A stretch of DNA of 32,000 nucleotides. Source: Zygophlyctis sp. KS116 (Eukaryota > Fungi > Chytridiomycota). Position numbers and translations under genes: made by a program. Of the stretch, positions 22,132-32,000 are shown one piece after another (position 1 is the first letter of the stretch; every line of letters begins with the position of its first letter). Location of the stretch: assembly GCA_054661495.1 (NCBI GenBank), contig BAAFSQ010000030.1, positions 1-32,000 on the forward strand. Direction: 5' to 3'. A model generated the notes under the pieces. It did no database searches. It saw only the letters and a program-made list of their open reading frames with translations, and was not told the DNA's origin.

Positions 22132-23085
22132 TTATTCATTTCTTCTGTACAAGTGATTTGCAGACATTAGCGCAGCAATAAATGTTGCTAAAGAATAAGG
22201 GATCATTATAAATGAATAGCTGTAGACAAATCCGTACCAGTTCAATAAAAATGAAATCCATCGGTCATGACAACCTGGAATAGAGGGGATAATGTTGGGA
22301 TTTGGATCCACAATTTGTCTTTTTTCCAAATTACCTGTTTTTAAATTTTGATGATCTGCGTATCGTTTTGAAAGAGTACTTCCAGTCGATACAGAAGTAA
22401 CAAATCCTGCACATAAGCTATCAACAAAAGGCCGATCAACATCAGAATAATATCCACAGCAATTAAACTATCATTAAAAAGTTTTATAATACCTTTTTTT
22501 GAATAATTGAAGTTCCTGATCCCAATTTAGTCCACAAATTTGATTGCACCATCTGGAATTGGAAACTATTTGCCTCTTTATAAGCTAAATATCCATTTGC
22601 CATAAATAAACCACCTACTGGCCAAATCAAAAGTAAATAAATGGCCATCATAAGTTTTTGGTGTTTTAATGCTGCATAGAGTCCAAATAACCCGAGAAGA
22701 GTTTGAAATAGTGCCCCAACTGTTAAAATTGTAATAATATCCTTTTTCAGCAGCATTATAGTTCTAGCCATGTCCAATTTATTAGAAAAAATAGCAAAGC
22801 AAAAGAAGAGTAAGATGATTCCGGCAATCAGATACTTTTGTTTACTAAACTGAAAATTACCAGTCCATTGAATACCAAAAATATTGTTTTCTGGCGAGTG
22901 AATTGTGCAAAGTTCTTCTTATTCACCTCTGAAATATTGGAGATGTAACTCCTGACGCTCATCATTGATTTGGCTGTATTGCGCCGAATAATATCTACCA
23001 CATTACCGTTCTTTTTTGCATTAGCAATAGCTGAGGCATCATAACCATCCTCAAATTTGTTGGGATCATCAAAATCGTAAGTCAT
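22132..23085 (-). CDS. Tetraspanin-family protein (fungal Tsp2-like, long N-terminus)
   Basis: Four hydrophobic segments, with the CCG motif (FNCCGY) and PGC before TM4. Introns 22835-22860, 22468-22492. Confidence 0.82.
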
Positions 23086-23152
23086 TTTTACTTAAATTAA
23101 GTGGATGTCGGGCAGCAACATCATTTTGATCATTGAGAGATTCAGCCCCGGT

Positions 23153-23174
23153 CGCGCCAAAAATACTTACGCGC
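23153..23174 (-). promoter_or_regulatory. Candidate E2F site plus ACGCG core in the tetraspanin/BUD4 bidirectional promoter
   Basis: TTTTGGCGCG on the minus strand (23153-23162) and ACGCG at 23169. Confidence 0.5.
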
Positions 23175-23202
23175 CGTGGCGTTCTTTCAGTTAGATAGTA
23201 AA

Positions 23203-26200
23203 ATGGCATCAAATAACTTATCAGAGATGGAGTCGTTAAAGAAGAAATCTGCAGTTCGAAATAATCCGTTTTTCTTGTCGCTCTCAAAAGGCTCGGCATC
23301 GCGGATTCCCCAAGATAATAAGATACAAGCAAAGGAAAATCAATGCCCATCCGCACAATACCAAATAAGTCAATTTATACTGAATGCATCAGACACATCT
23401 GTTAAAAATAGCTCTGTAAGAAATCTCTTGTCTAAATCAATAGTTTTTTAGAGATTCTAATCGCAAAAGGCCGACAATATCAACACAAACGTTTGTCAAG
23501 CCTGCAGTCATTAAAGAAATTCCTGAAAGAATGCTGAATGTGACAAGAGAAGACAATGTTTTTCCAAAGGAATGCTTTACTTCTCAGGACCAGTCTTTTA
23601 TAGATCAAGATGAGACAGGTTCGCAAGATACGGTTGTAGAACCATTAAATTCAACCGATCCAACTTATATGACAGATGATATTCTTTTTGGAAGAGATCA
23701 TGAGCAATGTGATATCATGGATTCCGAAAATTTGCAAAATGGCGTTAACGCAGAGGAGCAGACTCAAAGTAACTTGATCGCAGAAACAAAGACAGATATC
23801 GCTGATCCAGAGAATTTTCCAATTGATATTGACTTAAAAAATCCGACTCAGAATAACTTGATCGTAGAAACAAGGTCAGATTACAAAATAGAAAGCTTGA
23901 ATCAAGTAGATTTTTCAAATGATTTATTTACGGATTTAAGCGATTTAACAGATTTCGTCATGATTGAAAATCAAGGATCGGATATTCTTGATGTTTTAAA
24001 GGAAATTAGTCTATCTGAAGCGCCAGAATTATACATCAAGGATAAAATTATATCAGAGAAGAAAACTTTTAATCCTGATGTATCATCTCAAGAAGAGTCA
24101 AGAGTAGTAACTGATATTGACGCTGTGATCTATAGACCAAAGAAGTTAGAAGAACCAAAATTGAAAAGTTTAGAGCTTATTGATGATAATATCGGCTTAA
24201 CTAAGTCATTTATCGACTCAAAATCTGGAATTAAATCAGAATTTAATTTACCTGAATGGGAAAATCAAGACTTTGGGGCTATGCTGGGATATATTGAAGA
24301 TGAGAATCAGAAAAATAGTCAAAATATTGTAAGAATGGATAATTCCAAAGAGGCCAAAGAGTTATCTATTCATGAATCAGAATTCGGACATACTAAAAGA
24401 CTTTCTGAAAATATTTCCGCAGTTGTAAATGATGACTATAAAAAGCTGGAAACTTCTTGCTTCCAATTGAACTTACCCGCCTCTTCTTCTATTGATGGAC
24501 TTTCTCAAATCGCAAATGAGTGGGAAGAATTACAAGAGAAATCTTCCAACAAAATTTTTAACCCGTCGAGTAGCGATGAAATGATTCAATATGTTTCTAT
24601 AAAGAATGTACTTCTTCAAGATACATTCCAGAATAAAGCATGCAGTGAAACTAAAACGCAAAGCCAAGAAAATTCTTTCAGGAGCGATAGCCTTAAAAAA
24701 TCGGAGGAGAATCAGCATGACCAAAAGAAACATGCAGATAACATGACTGCTAATTTGCATTCAGATTCTCACTTAAAGGATATTAACAGCAAGAGCACTA
24801 ATTTGAGCATCTTTGATCAAAATTTACCCGCGGTTTCTTCAAAACTCGAAGAAATTCCAAGTATACAGAATGATTTATGTCTACTGAATGGTAAGATTGA
24901 ACCAAAAAATCTCGTTATTGATACAGGAAAGTTTGAAAAGCGAGAGGAGTCAAAGTTTGTCCAACAACCAAAAACAAAAGTTAGCGATATGCATCAAATA
25001 TCTACTAAAAATTCCAGTGATTTGAAAAAAGTCAGCTTTCGAGTATATTTAAACTAAATCTTATAATCTAGGCGGCATGGAAGGGGGAATTGGAAGCAAT
25101 TAAATATGTTAATCATGACTATGGAAATTATTCCTACTTTCCCGGGGCGCAAGGAATCTTTCTTTTTGAAGGTGAATATTTATTGTTAATTACCTAGTCA
25201 ATGAAATCTCAAATTTATCAAGTTCCAGAAACGGTATTATTTAACAATGATTGAAATCTAGATCGAAACTATCAAATTGAAGCGCATCATCAATATCAAA
25301 AAGAAATTAGCCCGCTTGTTTTTCTGCCGGAGACGCAGACAAAAACGCATGTTGGATTTGAGTCCAAGATATCTTTAAATGGTTTATCTGAAGTAGATTT
25401 TAGGCTAATCCAAGTTCGCGAAGAAAAAGTTGGTGTCAGGCAGAGTATTATAAATTTATTCAATACTATTGGACGGAAAAAAGGAAAATCTATTTCAAAT
25501 TCTTTGTCTTTATACAATCTCACAGAATCACAAGGAACACTTGAAAGAAAAGGATCTCTTTTATCACTTAATTCAGTCGCTCAAACGTTTCATACAGTTG
25601 GAACTGCAAAATTAGATTCATCCGTCATATTATCATGCCCTGGACAGATCAAAGAGGACATTATCAATTTTAAACAAGACAAAAAAACTACTGGAAAAAT
25701 GTTTGTGCGCTATGTTTACATTCCATATTATTCAAAACCCAACATGCGGGTATTTTTCAATTAGATAAAGTTAGGATTCTCTTTTACCTTCTTGTTTGGC
25801 CCAGGTAGAACATGGTTTCACATTATTAGAACTTCATCGTAAACTCTGGAAAAAAGGATATATGTACCAACTTGGAGGTGATACAACTGTATTTTCCCTT
25901 TATTTACTTTTTAGAAATGGACTAAACGCTTTTTTGAACTACATGGAATGGATCTACACATTTTTGCAACAAAAGTAAGTTGTATAGTCTAATGATAAAA
26001 AGGGATCAAAAATATTGGAAAAACTAGATCTCACTCAACTATGGACCGCCCAAATAATATGTAAACCAATTCACGTCGAATACAAAAACCGGAAATTACT
26101 GCTTGAAGTGATTGAACTTGAATTCAAGGATGGAGTCATTATTAGTTTAGGAACAAAGAAATCTGACCAAGGAGAAATTCAATCCTGGATGTCATCTATG

Positions 26201-26278
26201 GAGGAAGTTGATAAGAAACTTTCAGCGGATCCTATTCCGGACTGGCTCCTTTGTTGTCTGTCTTTACGCGTGTATTAA
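23203..26278 (+). CDS. BUD4: Bud4/Mid2/Int1 anillin-like protein (disordered N-terminus, C-terminal PH domain)
   Basis: The PH start KGYMYQLGGDTTKWTKRFFELHG matches the Bud4-type GYLxQxGGDC.W.RRFF.L.G motif, and the protein has a long acidic low-complexity N-terminus. Introns 23416-23443, 25043-25071, 25172-25197, 25234-25261, 25750-25774, 25889-25914, 25975-26002. Confidence 0.7.
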
Positions 26279-26304
26279 AGCTATTAAAATTTCTTTTTGT
26301 CCGA

Positions 26305-26925
26305 ATGAGTATATTGTATGGTATAGATAAAGAAATCGCCTCCAAAATGGCTGAAAAATATGACCCAGTCCGAGAAAAAGAAGCGCAGGACTGGATCGAA
26401 CAAGTGACTGGAAACTCATTTAAATCTGAGCTGACTTTTCAAGAAAATTTAAAAGATGGAAATCTACTATGTTTGTAAATTTTATTACCCTGATTTAAGA
26501 ACTGCTAATACTGTATTTCCTGATATAAATCTCAAACCATCATCATCCAAGATTGCCTTTAAGCAAATGGAAAACATTTCATCTTTTCTACGCGCATTGT
26601 CGGACATGGGAGTTCCAAGTCATGACCAATTTCAGACTGTTGATCTGTATGAAAATAAGAATATGATTCAAGTAATTGATACAATCTTTGCGCTATCTAG
26701 GACTGCTACTGCATCTGGATTTAAAGGCCCAAAAATTGGACCTAAATTAGCAGATAAACAAGAATACACCTTTACTCAAGAACAACTAAACCAAGGAAAA
26801 CATATTTTAACTTTACAAACATCAGGTAATTTAAAAATGTATAAAAGTAAGGAAATTTAAATGGTGCAAATCAGTCTGGAATGAGTTTTGGTGTCCGAAG
26901 AGAAGTTGCAAATTTCAAAGAATAA
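26305..26925 (+). CDS. SCP1: Calponin/transgelin homolog (Scp1/Stg1)
   Basis: CH domain LKDGNLLC..FKQMENISSFL..FQTVDLYENKN and the calponin repeat GANQSGMSFGVRRE. Introns 26475-26499, 26826-26851. Confidence 0.93.
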
Positions 26926-27393
26926 GTGTTAATCCAGTTGCAAAAATTATATCAAGAATATTAAGTGCAAAAGGAGAGATTTCAAATATATATTCTCTTT
27001 GAGAATTTATGGAAATTTTTGCAATAATTTTTCTTGATCTTATCAGTACTGATCTTGATTCCCAAACATAAGACTCCCCATGATAGTTGAATTCATGCTT
27101 TAATTTATAATATTATAATTTACCCTTATTTGAAATATTCCAGTTTGAATCATGTCAAACGGAACACATTTCATGCCATTTTCAATGACTTTAAAAGATT
27201 TGGAAACTTTTTTACAAATATACAGTAGAATCATTCCATTCTGATCAAATCGCTTTAGTTTGAGAATGTTCCTTGTCATGTCCAAGTAGTATATGCTAGT
27301 TTTCCTATCAGATCTGACTAATGTAAAACCTGTTGGAGACTCTAATGCAATGAATGGTATAAAGTTTGAGTGTTTATTGACGGTTGAAAACAT
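26915..27393 (-). CDS. Hypothetical 150-aa protein, DUF6593-like
   Basis: Removing a 26-nt intron (27098-27123) gives a continuous frame RHEFNYHGESYVWE..FEISPFALNILDIIFATGLTLIL, which resembles my recollection of fungal DUF6593. Confidence 0.6.
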
Positions 27394-27597
27394 TTTGGTA
27401 AAGTAGCGGCGGATTCAAAGCTTTGAAATGGGAACGGACGATCTGGTCCTATAAGCCACGGCTTTCTCAGCCTCGGTCCAGACTATGACCGACAACAGGA
27501 CCACAGGCCTACAACAACAACAACAGACCATAGTCTCTAGACTTACAGAAACCGCCGCCTAAGACTCATACAGTGTGGCGTTCTGAAAAAAATTGAA

Positions 27598-28179
27598 ATG
27601 AGAAGATCAAGTGGTTTCAGACAATTTAGTTCTTTGGGACACAAGATATTTGTGAATCCAAGACCAAGACCAATGCGGATAAAATCTGCGGTGATTGTCC
27701 CATCTCTATCTTTTCAATTAACTCAAATGTTGTCTACATGCACTCCCGCGCTGAATTCTGGAGCTAATGTATTGGGGAATCCTATACCAGGGAATAATGC
27801 TTCCCCTACCATCTTGGAGTTGATTTCGTTGGAAGAGCTTGAGGCTGTATTAACAAGAATCGGTAATTCAACTATAATTGTTGATTTTTATGCCAGGTGG
27901 ACTAACTTTCGTTAATGCATTAGCTGGTGCAGCCCATGTCGTATGCTTACTCCAATTCTCGAAAGAGTGGTTAAAAACTCTACAGATTTGACACTTGTAA
28001 AGGTAAATGTTGATGAACCCAAAGCATTTGCAATGGTTCAAAAGTATGAGGTAAGTTTAATTTAATTTTGATAATAGGTTGCATCACTTCCAACTGTTGC
28101 TCTTTTCAAAAATGGGAAATTCATTAAACAATTTGTGGGTGTTCGTTCAGAAGAATTCGTAAAAAACTTTATAAAGTAG
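27598..28179 (+). CDS. Thioredoxin, likely mitochondrial (WCSPC active site)
   Basis: Arg/Ser-rich presequence MRRSSGFRQFSS. VDFYASWCSPC is formed across intron 27897-27923; second intron 28051-28077. Confidence 0.9.
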
Positions 28180-28200
28180 AAAATTTTAGAGATTTTAGAT

Positions 28201-29261
28201 TTATTTCCCTCTAATTGTAGACTGTTTGCCTGATGGACTTCCAGGCTTTCCTCCTACAGAACCTTGAGAACCAGTTTGAGGCTTTGTTGTTCCAGTAGAT
28301 TCCTTTAGAGCAAGCAACTGTTTAGTTCTAAAAGTCTCATAATGAACCATTGCAGTTGCATCAACCAGCTCTTGTAAATGACTTTTAAGTAAAAAATCAC
28401 GAAAAGCCATAAATTCACAGTGATTGGGATCCTTTACTAAGAATCTTAAAAATTTTAAAAATTTACTATTTATAGTTCCCCATTTAGTTCTTCTTCCAGG
28501 AGTTGCTTTACCATCAATGACTACATTTCTTTCAGATCCTACTACAGCAAAAGGCATTAAAGACTATTAATTTTAAATAATAAAATAAATACAGAAAGCT
28601 CATCATTAACTTGTTTTTCAGCTTGACTTTGACCTTCTAAATCTAATCCATAAATATTTGGATAGACTTGAATCCCATGAACTTTTAACTCATCCTTGAC
28701 TCTAGCCTTGAATTCCAACCTTTCTTCCAATGTTAAAGTATCAGATTTTGCAATTACAGGAATTAAATTTGCACATTCAGAAATCGCCTTCATTGCTAAA
28801 ACATCCAATGAAGATAATCCATGACCAGAAGGAAAAACAAAGTAAATCACAGCATGTACACGAGTATCTGTAATAGTACGTTCCCTTGCTGGAGTTAATT
28901 CTCTTCTTAGATATAGAGAGTATTGATCTCTAATATACTTTACTATTGGTTCCCATGCTTTTTCATTATTGATCAGATCACCAAAACCTGGAGTATCTAC
29001 AATAGAAACCTTTACTTGAATGTCATTCTCTACAATCAAGTGAGTTTTAACCTGAACTTCTGTAGTTTTACTTAATTCATAAGATTTGCCGACCGAATTC
29101 TTCAAATGACAAGCAAAAATTGAATTTACTAGAGTTGATTTTCCCAGTCCAGACTTTCCAACAACCATGAGATTAAAAGTAAAACCTTTTTTATTCAACT
29201 TTTGAATAATCTGTTGTGGTATTGTATCTAGTCCAGTGTATGATTCAGGAGTAATCGACAT
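28201..29261 (-). CDS. CDC10: Septin, Cdc10/Spn2/AspD group
   Basis: Motifs GFTFNLMVVGKSGLGKST, VDTPGFGD, AKSDTLT, PFAVVGS and HYETFRTKQL, with no C-terminal coiled coil. Introns 28564-28592, 28437-28466. Confidence 0.95.
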
Positions 29262-29415
29262 TTTTTTGATTTCTGAGCTTTCACCCTTTAGACTAGAACG
29301 CTGGCCTACAACTTTTACGTATGTGTTGGCGTGTATAAGCCTATGGGAAGCCCCTGTACCTGTGTTTACGTTGGCGTGGCTTTACCGACGGACCGTCCAC
29401 CGCTGGGTTAGAAAA

Positions 29416-29826
29416 ATGAAATTTTGTTCAAGATTTCTGTCTGTAAACAAGTATGGAGAATGGCTGACTCCTAAAATTACTACTTACTCTCCTCCTGCAT
29501 TCCCTTTAAAAACTAGACCTGATGAAAATATACAGGCATTTAGAAAAAGACTATTGTATAATTCAAGAAAAAGAGGAATATTAGAAACAGATTTATTGCT
29601 TTCTAGTTGGGCGGACAAGAATTTAGAGATTTTGGATCTCAAGAGTCTAAAGGAATATGAAATTTTATTACATGAAAATGATTGGAATATTTATTATTGG
29701 CTTACAAAGTCAATGGAGGCTCCCATACATATAAGTAAATTAGGAATTCTAGAGTCTTTGATACTGCATTCACTTAATTTAGAAAAGAAAATTCTTAGAA
29801 TGCCAGAATTGGATAAACAAGAGTAG
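29416..29826 (+). CDS. SDH5: Succinate dehydrogenase assembly factor 2 (Sdh5)
   Basis: Motifs RKRLLYNSRKRGILETDLLLS, ENDWNIYYW and KILRMPEL. Intronless. Confidence 0.95.
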   Translation: MKFCSRFLSVNKYGEWLTPKITTYSPPAFPLKTRPDENIQAFRKRLLYNSRKRGILETDLLLSSWADKNLEILDLKSLKEYEILLHENDWNIYYWLTKSMEAPIHISKLGILESLILHSLNLEKKILRMPELDKQE

Positions 29827-29955
29827 ATAATTTTATTTTATTTTAGCTAGATTTTACATTTTATCTAGTGAATCTTTATTTTATGGACCTAAGTATATTT
29901 TAGTTACAGTAGTTTACACATTGACCTGAAAGATTCTAACCTAGACTTTAGTAAA

Positions 29956-31054
29956 ATGTCCAAAGATATTGAATTGACGCCGGCGCCTACAGACTCTGTT
30001 TCACACTTGAGTTGGTCTCCGGTTGCTGATTTTATTTCAGTGGCTTCTTGGGATAATACTACAAAGATTTATCAGGTGTTGGGAAATGGGAGTTCACAAG
30101 GAAAAGCACAAATTCAACATGATCAACCGGCGCTTTGTAGTGCATGGTCAAAAGTAATTTGGGTTTTATAATGTAAAGGATGGAAGTAAAGTTATTTCAG
30201 TAGGAGCGGATAAGGCGGGGAGGTTGTTGGATGTTAATACAGGGCAGGTTTCGCAAGTGGCAGGGCATGATGCTCCAATAAAATGCTGTAAATGGATTGA
30301 TGATGTCGGTGGAATGAATAATATTGTTGTTACAGGAAGTTGGGATAAGACTGCAAAGGTTTTATTTTTCTAAATTTATATAAAGTATTGGGATCTAAGA
30401 AGTCCAAATCCAGTTCATACTCTACAATTACCAGAAAGATGTTATTCTCTGGATGTAAAAGGTCCGTTAATGGTGATTGCAACGGCTGAAAGACATATTC
30501 AAATTTATAATTTGAGTAATCCTTCAACTCCTTTTAAAGTATTTATTTCAAAAATTTATTATAGACTATACAATCACCGCTTAAATGGCAAACAAGAGTT
30601 GTTGCTTGTTTTCCTAGTTTTAATGGTTTTGGTATTGGTTCAATTGAAGGGAGAGTGGGAATACAATATGTGGAAGACAAGGACTCTGCGTATATTTTTA
30701 GATTTAACTATTAGAAGTAATTTTTCATTCAAATGTCATCGAGATGATAAAAATGTGTATTCAGTTAATGATATTTCTTTTCATCCTGGTTATGGAACGT
30801 TTTCAACTTCTGGAAGCGATGGATGCTTTAATTTTTGGGATAAAGACTCTAAACAAAGATTAAAAGTGGCTCCAAGTGTTGGTGTGCCTATTTCAGCTAC
30901 CGCATTTAATTATAATGGAAGTATATTCTCGTACGCTGCATCATATGATTGGTCTAAAGGGCATGAACATCATCAGCAAGGTGCCAAAAGCGCCGTTTAT
31001 TTGCATCCAACAAAGGATGAAGATATTAAGCCCAGAGCATCTAAAAAACGATGA
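29956..31054 (+). CDS. RAE1: mRNA export factor Rae1/Gle2 (WD40)
   Basis: Motifs PTDSVSHLSWSP, TGSWDKT, SPLKWQTR, GSIEGRV, FSFKCHR and SYDWSKG. Introns 30154-30178, 30359-30385, 30539-30564, 30690-30714 (or 30717). Confidence 0.96.
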
Positions 31055-31085
31055 TATATTAACATCAACAAAGTGGAAATTTATT

Positions 31086-32000
31086 TTAAACAGCAATTGA
31101 GGTTTCATTTTGACTTCTTTCATCTGCTTCTGCTTCCATCTCTGTCACTGCTTGCGGAACTTGTATGGCGGCAGAATCTCCTCGATCATCCACTGCTTGT
31201 TGAATTTCTTTTCCGCTGATACCAGATACAGTCGGACCTTCTCCAGCAAAAGATGATACAGGCCTTGAGATATTGGCAGGGTTATTGGGGTGAATATGAG
31301 TGGTTGCAGACATATTGAAACCCCCTCCAGAGAATTTGGGAACGGTTGGAAGTTGTGGATTGATAGTTTTATATTCCCCAACCATGTGCCTTGAATTTAG
31401 CAAATAGTTTATATCTTACCCACTCTTTTTTGAAATTAAATCCACGTTATATGATATCTGAGCGGCAGGTGTATAGAGTAGTCTTTCAAAAGCAGCTGTT
31501 CCTAATTTTTCTTTCATTCGCTCCGTAATAGATGTAATTTTGCTATCTGCCTTTAGTTTTTTTCTTTGTTCAAAGTATTTCTTTTTCAAATCCTGGATTT
31601 CTCGATTTAAACGTTCGATTTCAAATTTATACTCATTGATCTGAGACTGATACATATTCAATTCTGATGCGAGAGCCTTTTTATTAGATTAGAAGCAATA
31701 CCTTTGATTCTCGCACTTTGACTTTTACTGCTTCTTTAACTATCCGTAATTCTTCTATAACTTCAGGTCCTGGCTGTCTTTGAAGAACTTCTTTAATATC
31801 TTTATATAATTTTTCCTTTTGCTGGATAACCAATTCTTTTTCTACAACATCTTCAGTCTTTGCTATCAGCCGCTTTTGAAGCGTTTGTATCTTGGTTATT
31901 AACTCAAAGGTTGAGGGATCAGACCCCGACAGTTTTCTCCACCTGTGAATATTCATTGGTGATTCAAGCTCCTCTAATCATTTATTAAATTTAATTCACC
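31086..32000 (-). CDS. CFAP58: Cilia- and flagella-associated protein 58 (CCDC147), 3' part; 5' end outside the window
   Basis: Motifs PMNIHRWRKLSGSDP, KIQTLQKRLI, LQRQPGPE, ALASELNMY and KFSGGGFNM. Introns 31974-31999, 31677-31701, 31390-31419. Confidence 0.92.

Noticed and set aside
29236-29415. N-terminal extension of SDH5 overlapping the CDC10 start; likewise extensions of ERV25 (to 9853) and HSP110 (to 14974)
   Set aside because: These are open frames through promoter DNA. The downstream ATGs (29416, 9760, 14875) give family-typical N-termini.
1-32000. Fragmented ORFs interpreted as pseudogenes, frameshift errors or an alternative genetic code
   Set aside because: Every break is repaired by a 24-31 nt GT-AG intron that restores conserved motifs. 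TAA, TAG and TGA all serve as true stops.
1-32000. tRNA, rRNA, snRNA genes or transposon/viral ORFs
   Set aside because: None recognised by eye, and the intergenic spaces are mostly under 200 bp. A covariance-model search was not possible, so small ncRNAs in the GC-rich islands are not excluded.

Overview
This window is eukaryotic nuclear DNA, not prokaryotic. It comes from an extremely compact, AT-rich genome, most plausibly a flagellated zoosporic fungus (chytrid-like). Fungal-type Bud4, Cdc10, Fun19 and Sse1 genes sit next to the ciliary genes B9D2 and CFAP58. I reconstructed 23 protein-coding genes in 32 kb: SCC3, SYF1, ORC3, ERV25, CitE/CLYBL, SWIRM/Fun19-like, NTAQ1, HSP110, neurochondrin-like, a Thr/Cys-rich surface protein, PEX11, ATG3, an F-box protein, B9D2, a tetraspanin, BUD4-like, calponin/SCP1, a DUF6593-like protein, thioredoxin, CDC10, SDH5, RAE1 and CFAP58. 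The ORF track is fragmented because the genes are interrupted by about 62 ultra-short GT-AG introns, all 24-31 nt by manual reconstruction. Introns with lengths divisible by 3 are under-represented, and most of them carry in-frame stops. Other notable points are two coding-sequence overlaps (one tandem, one convergent) and intergenic gaps as small as 12-26 bp. There is also a previously unexplained 25-bp repeated element and a CCTA motif family in the bidirectional promoters, E2F-type sites, and a six-unit heat-shock element. The tetraspanin has paired Kex2-type sites in its large loop. All gene models were built by eye and have not been verified by RNA-seq or database search.
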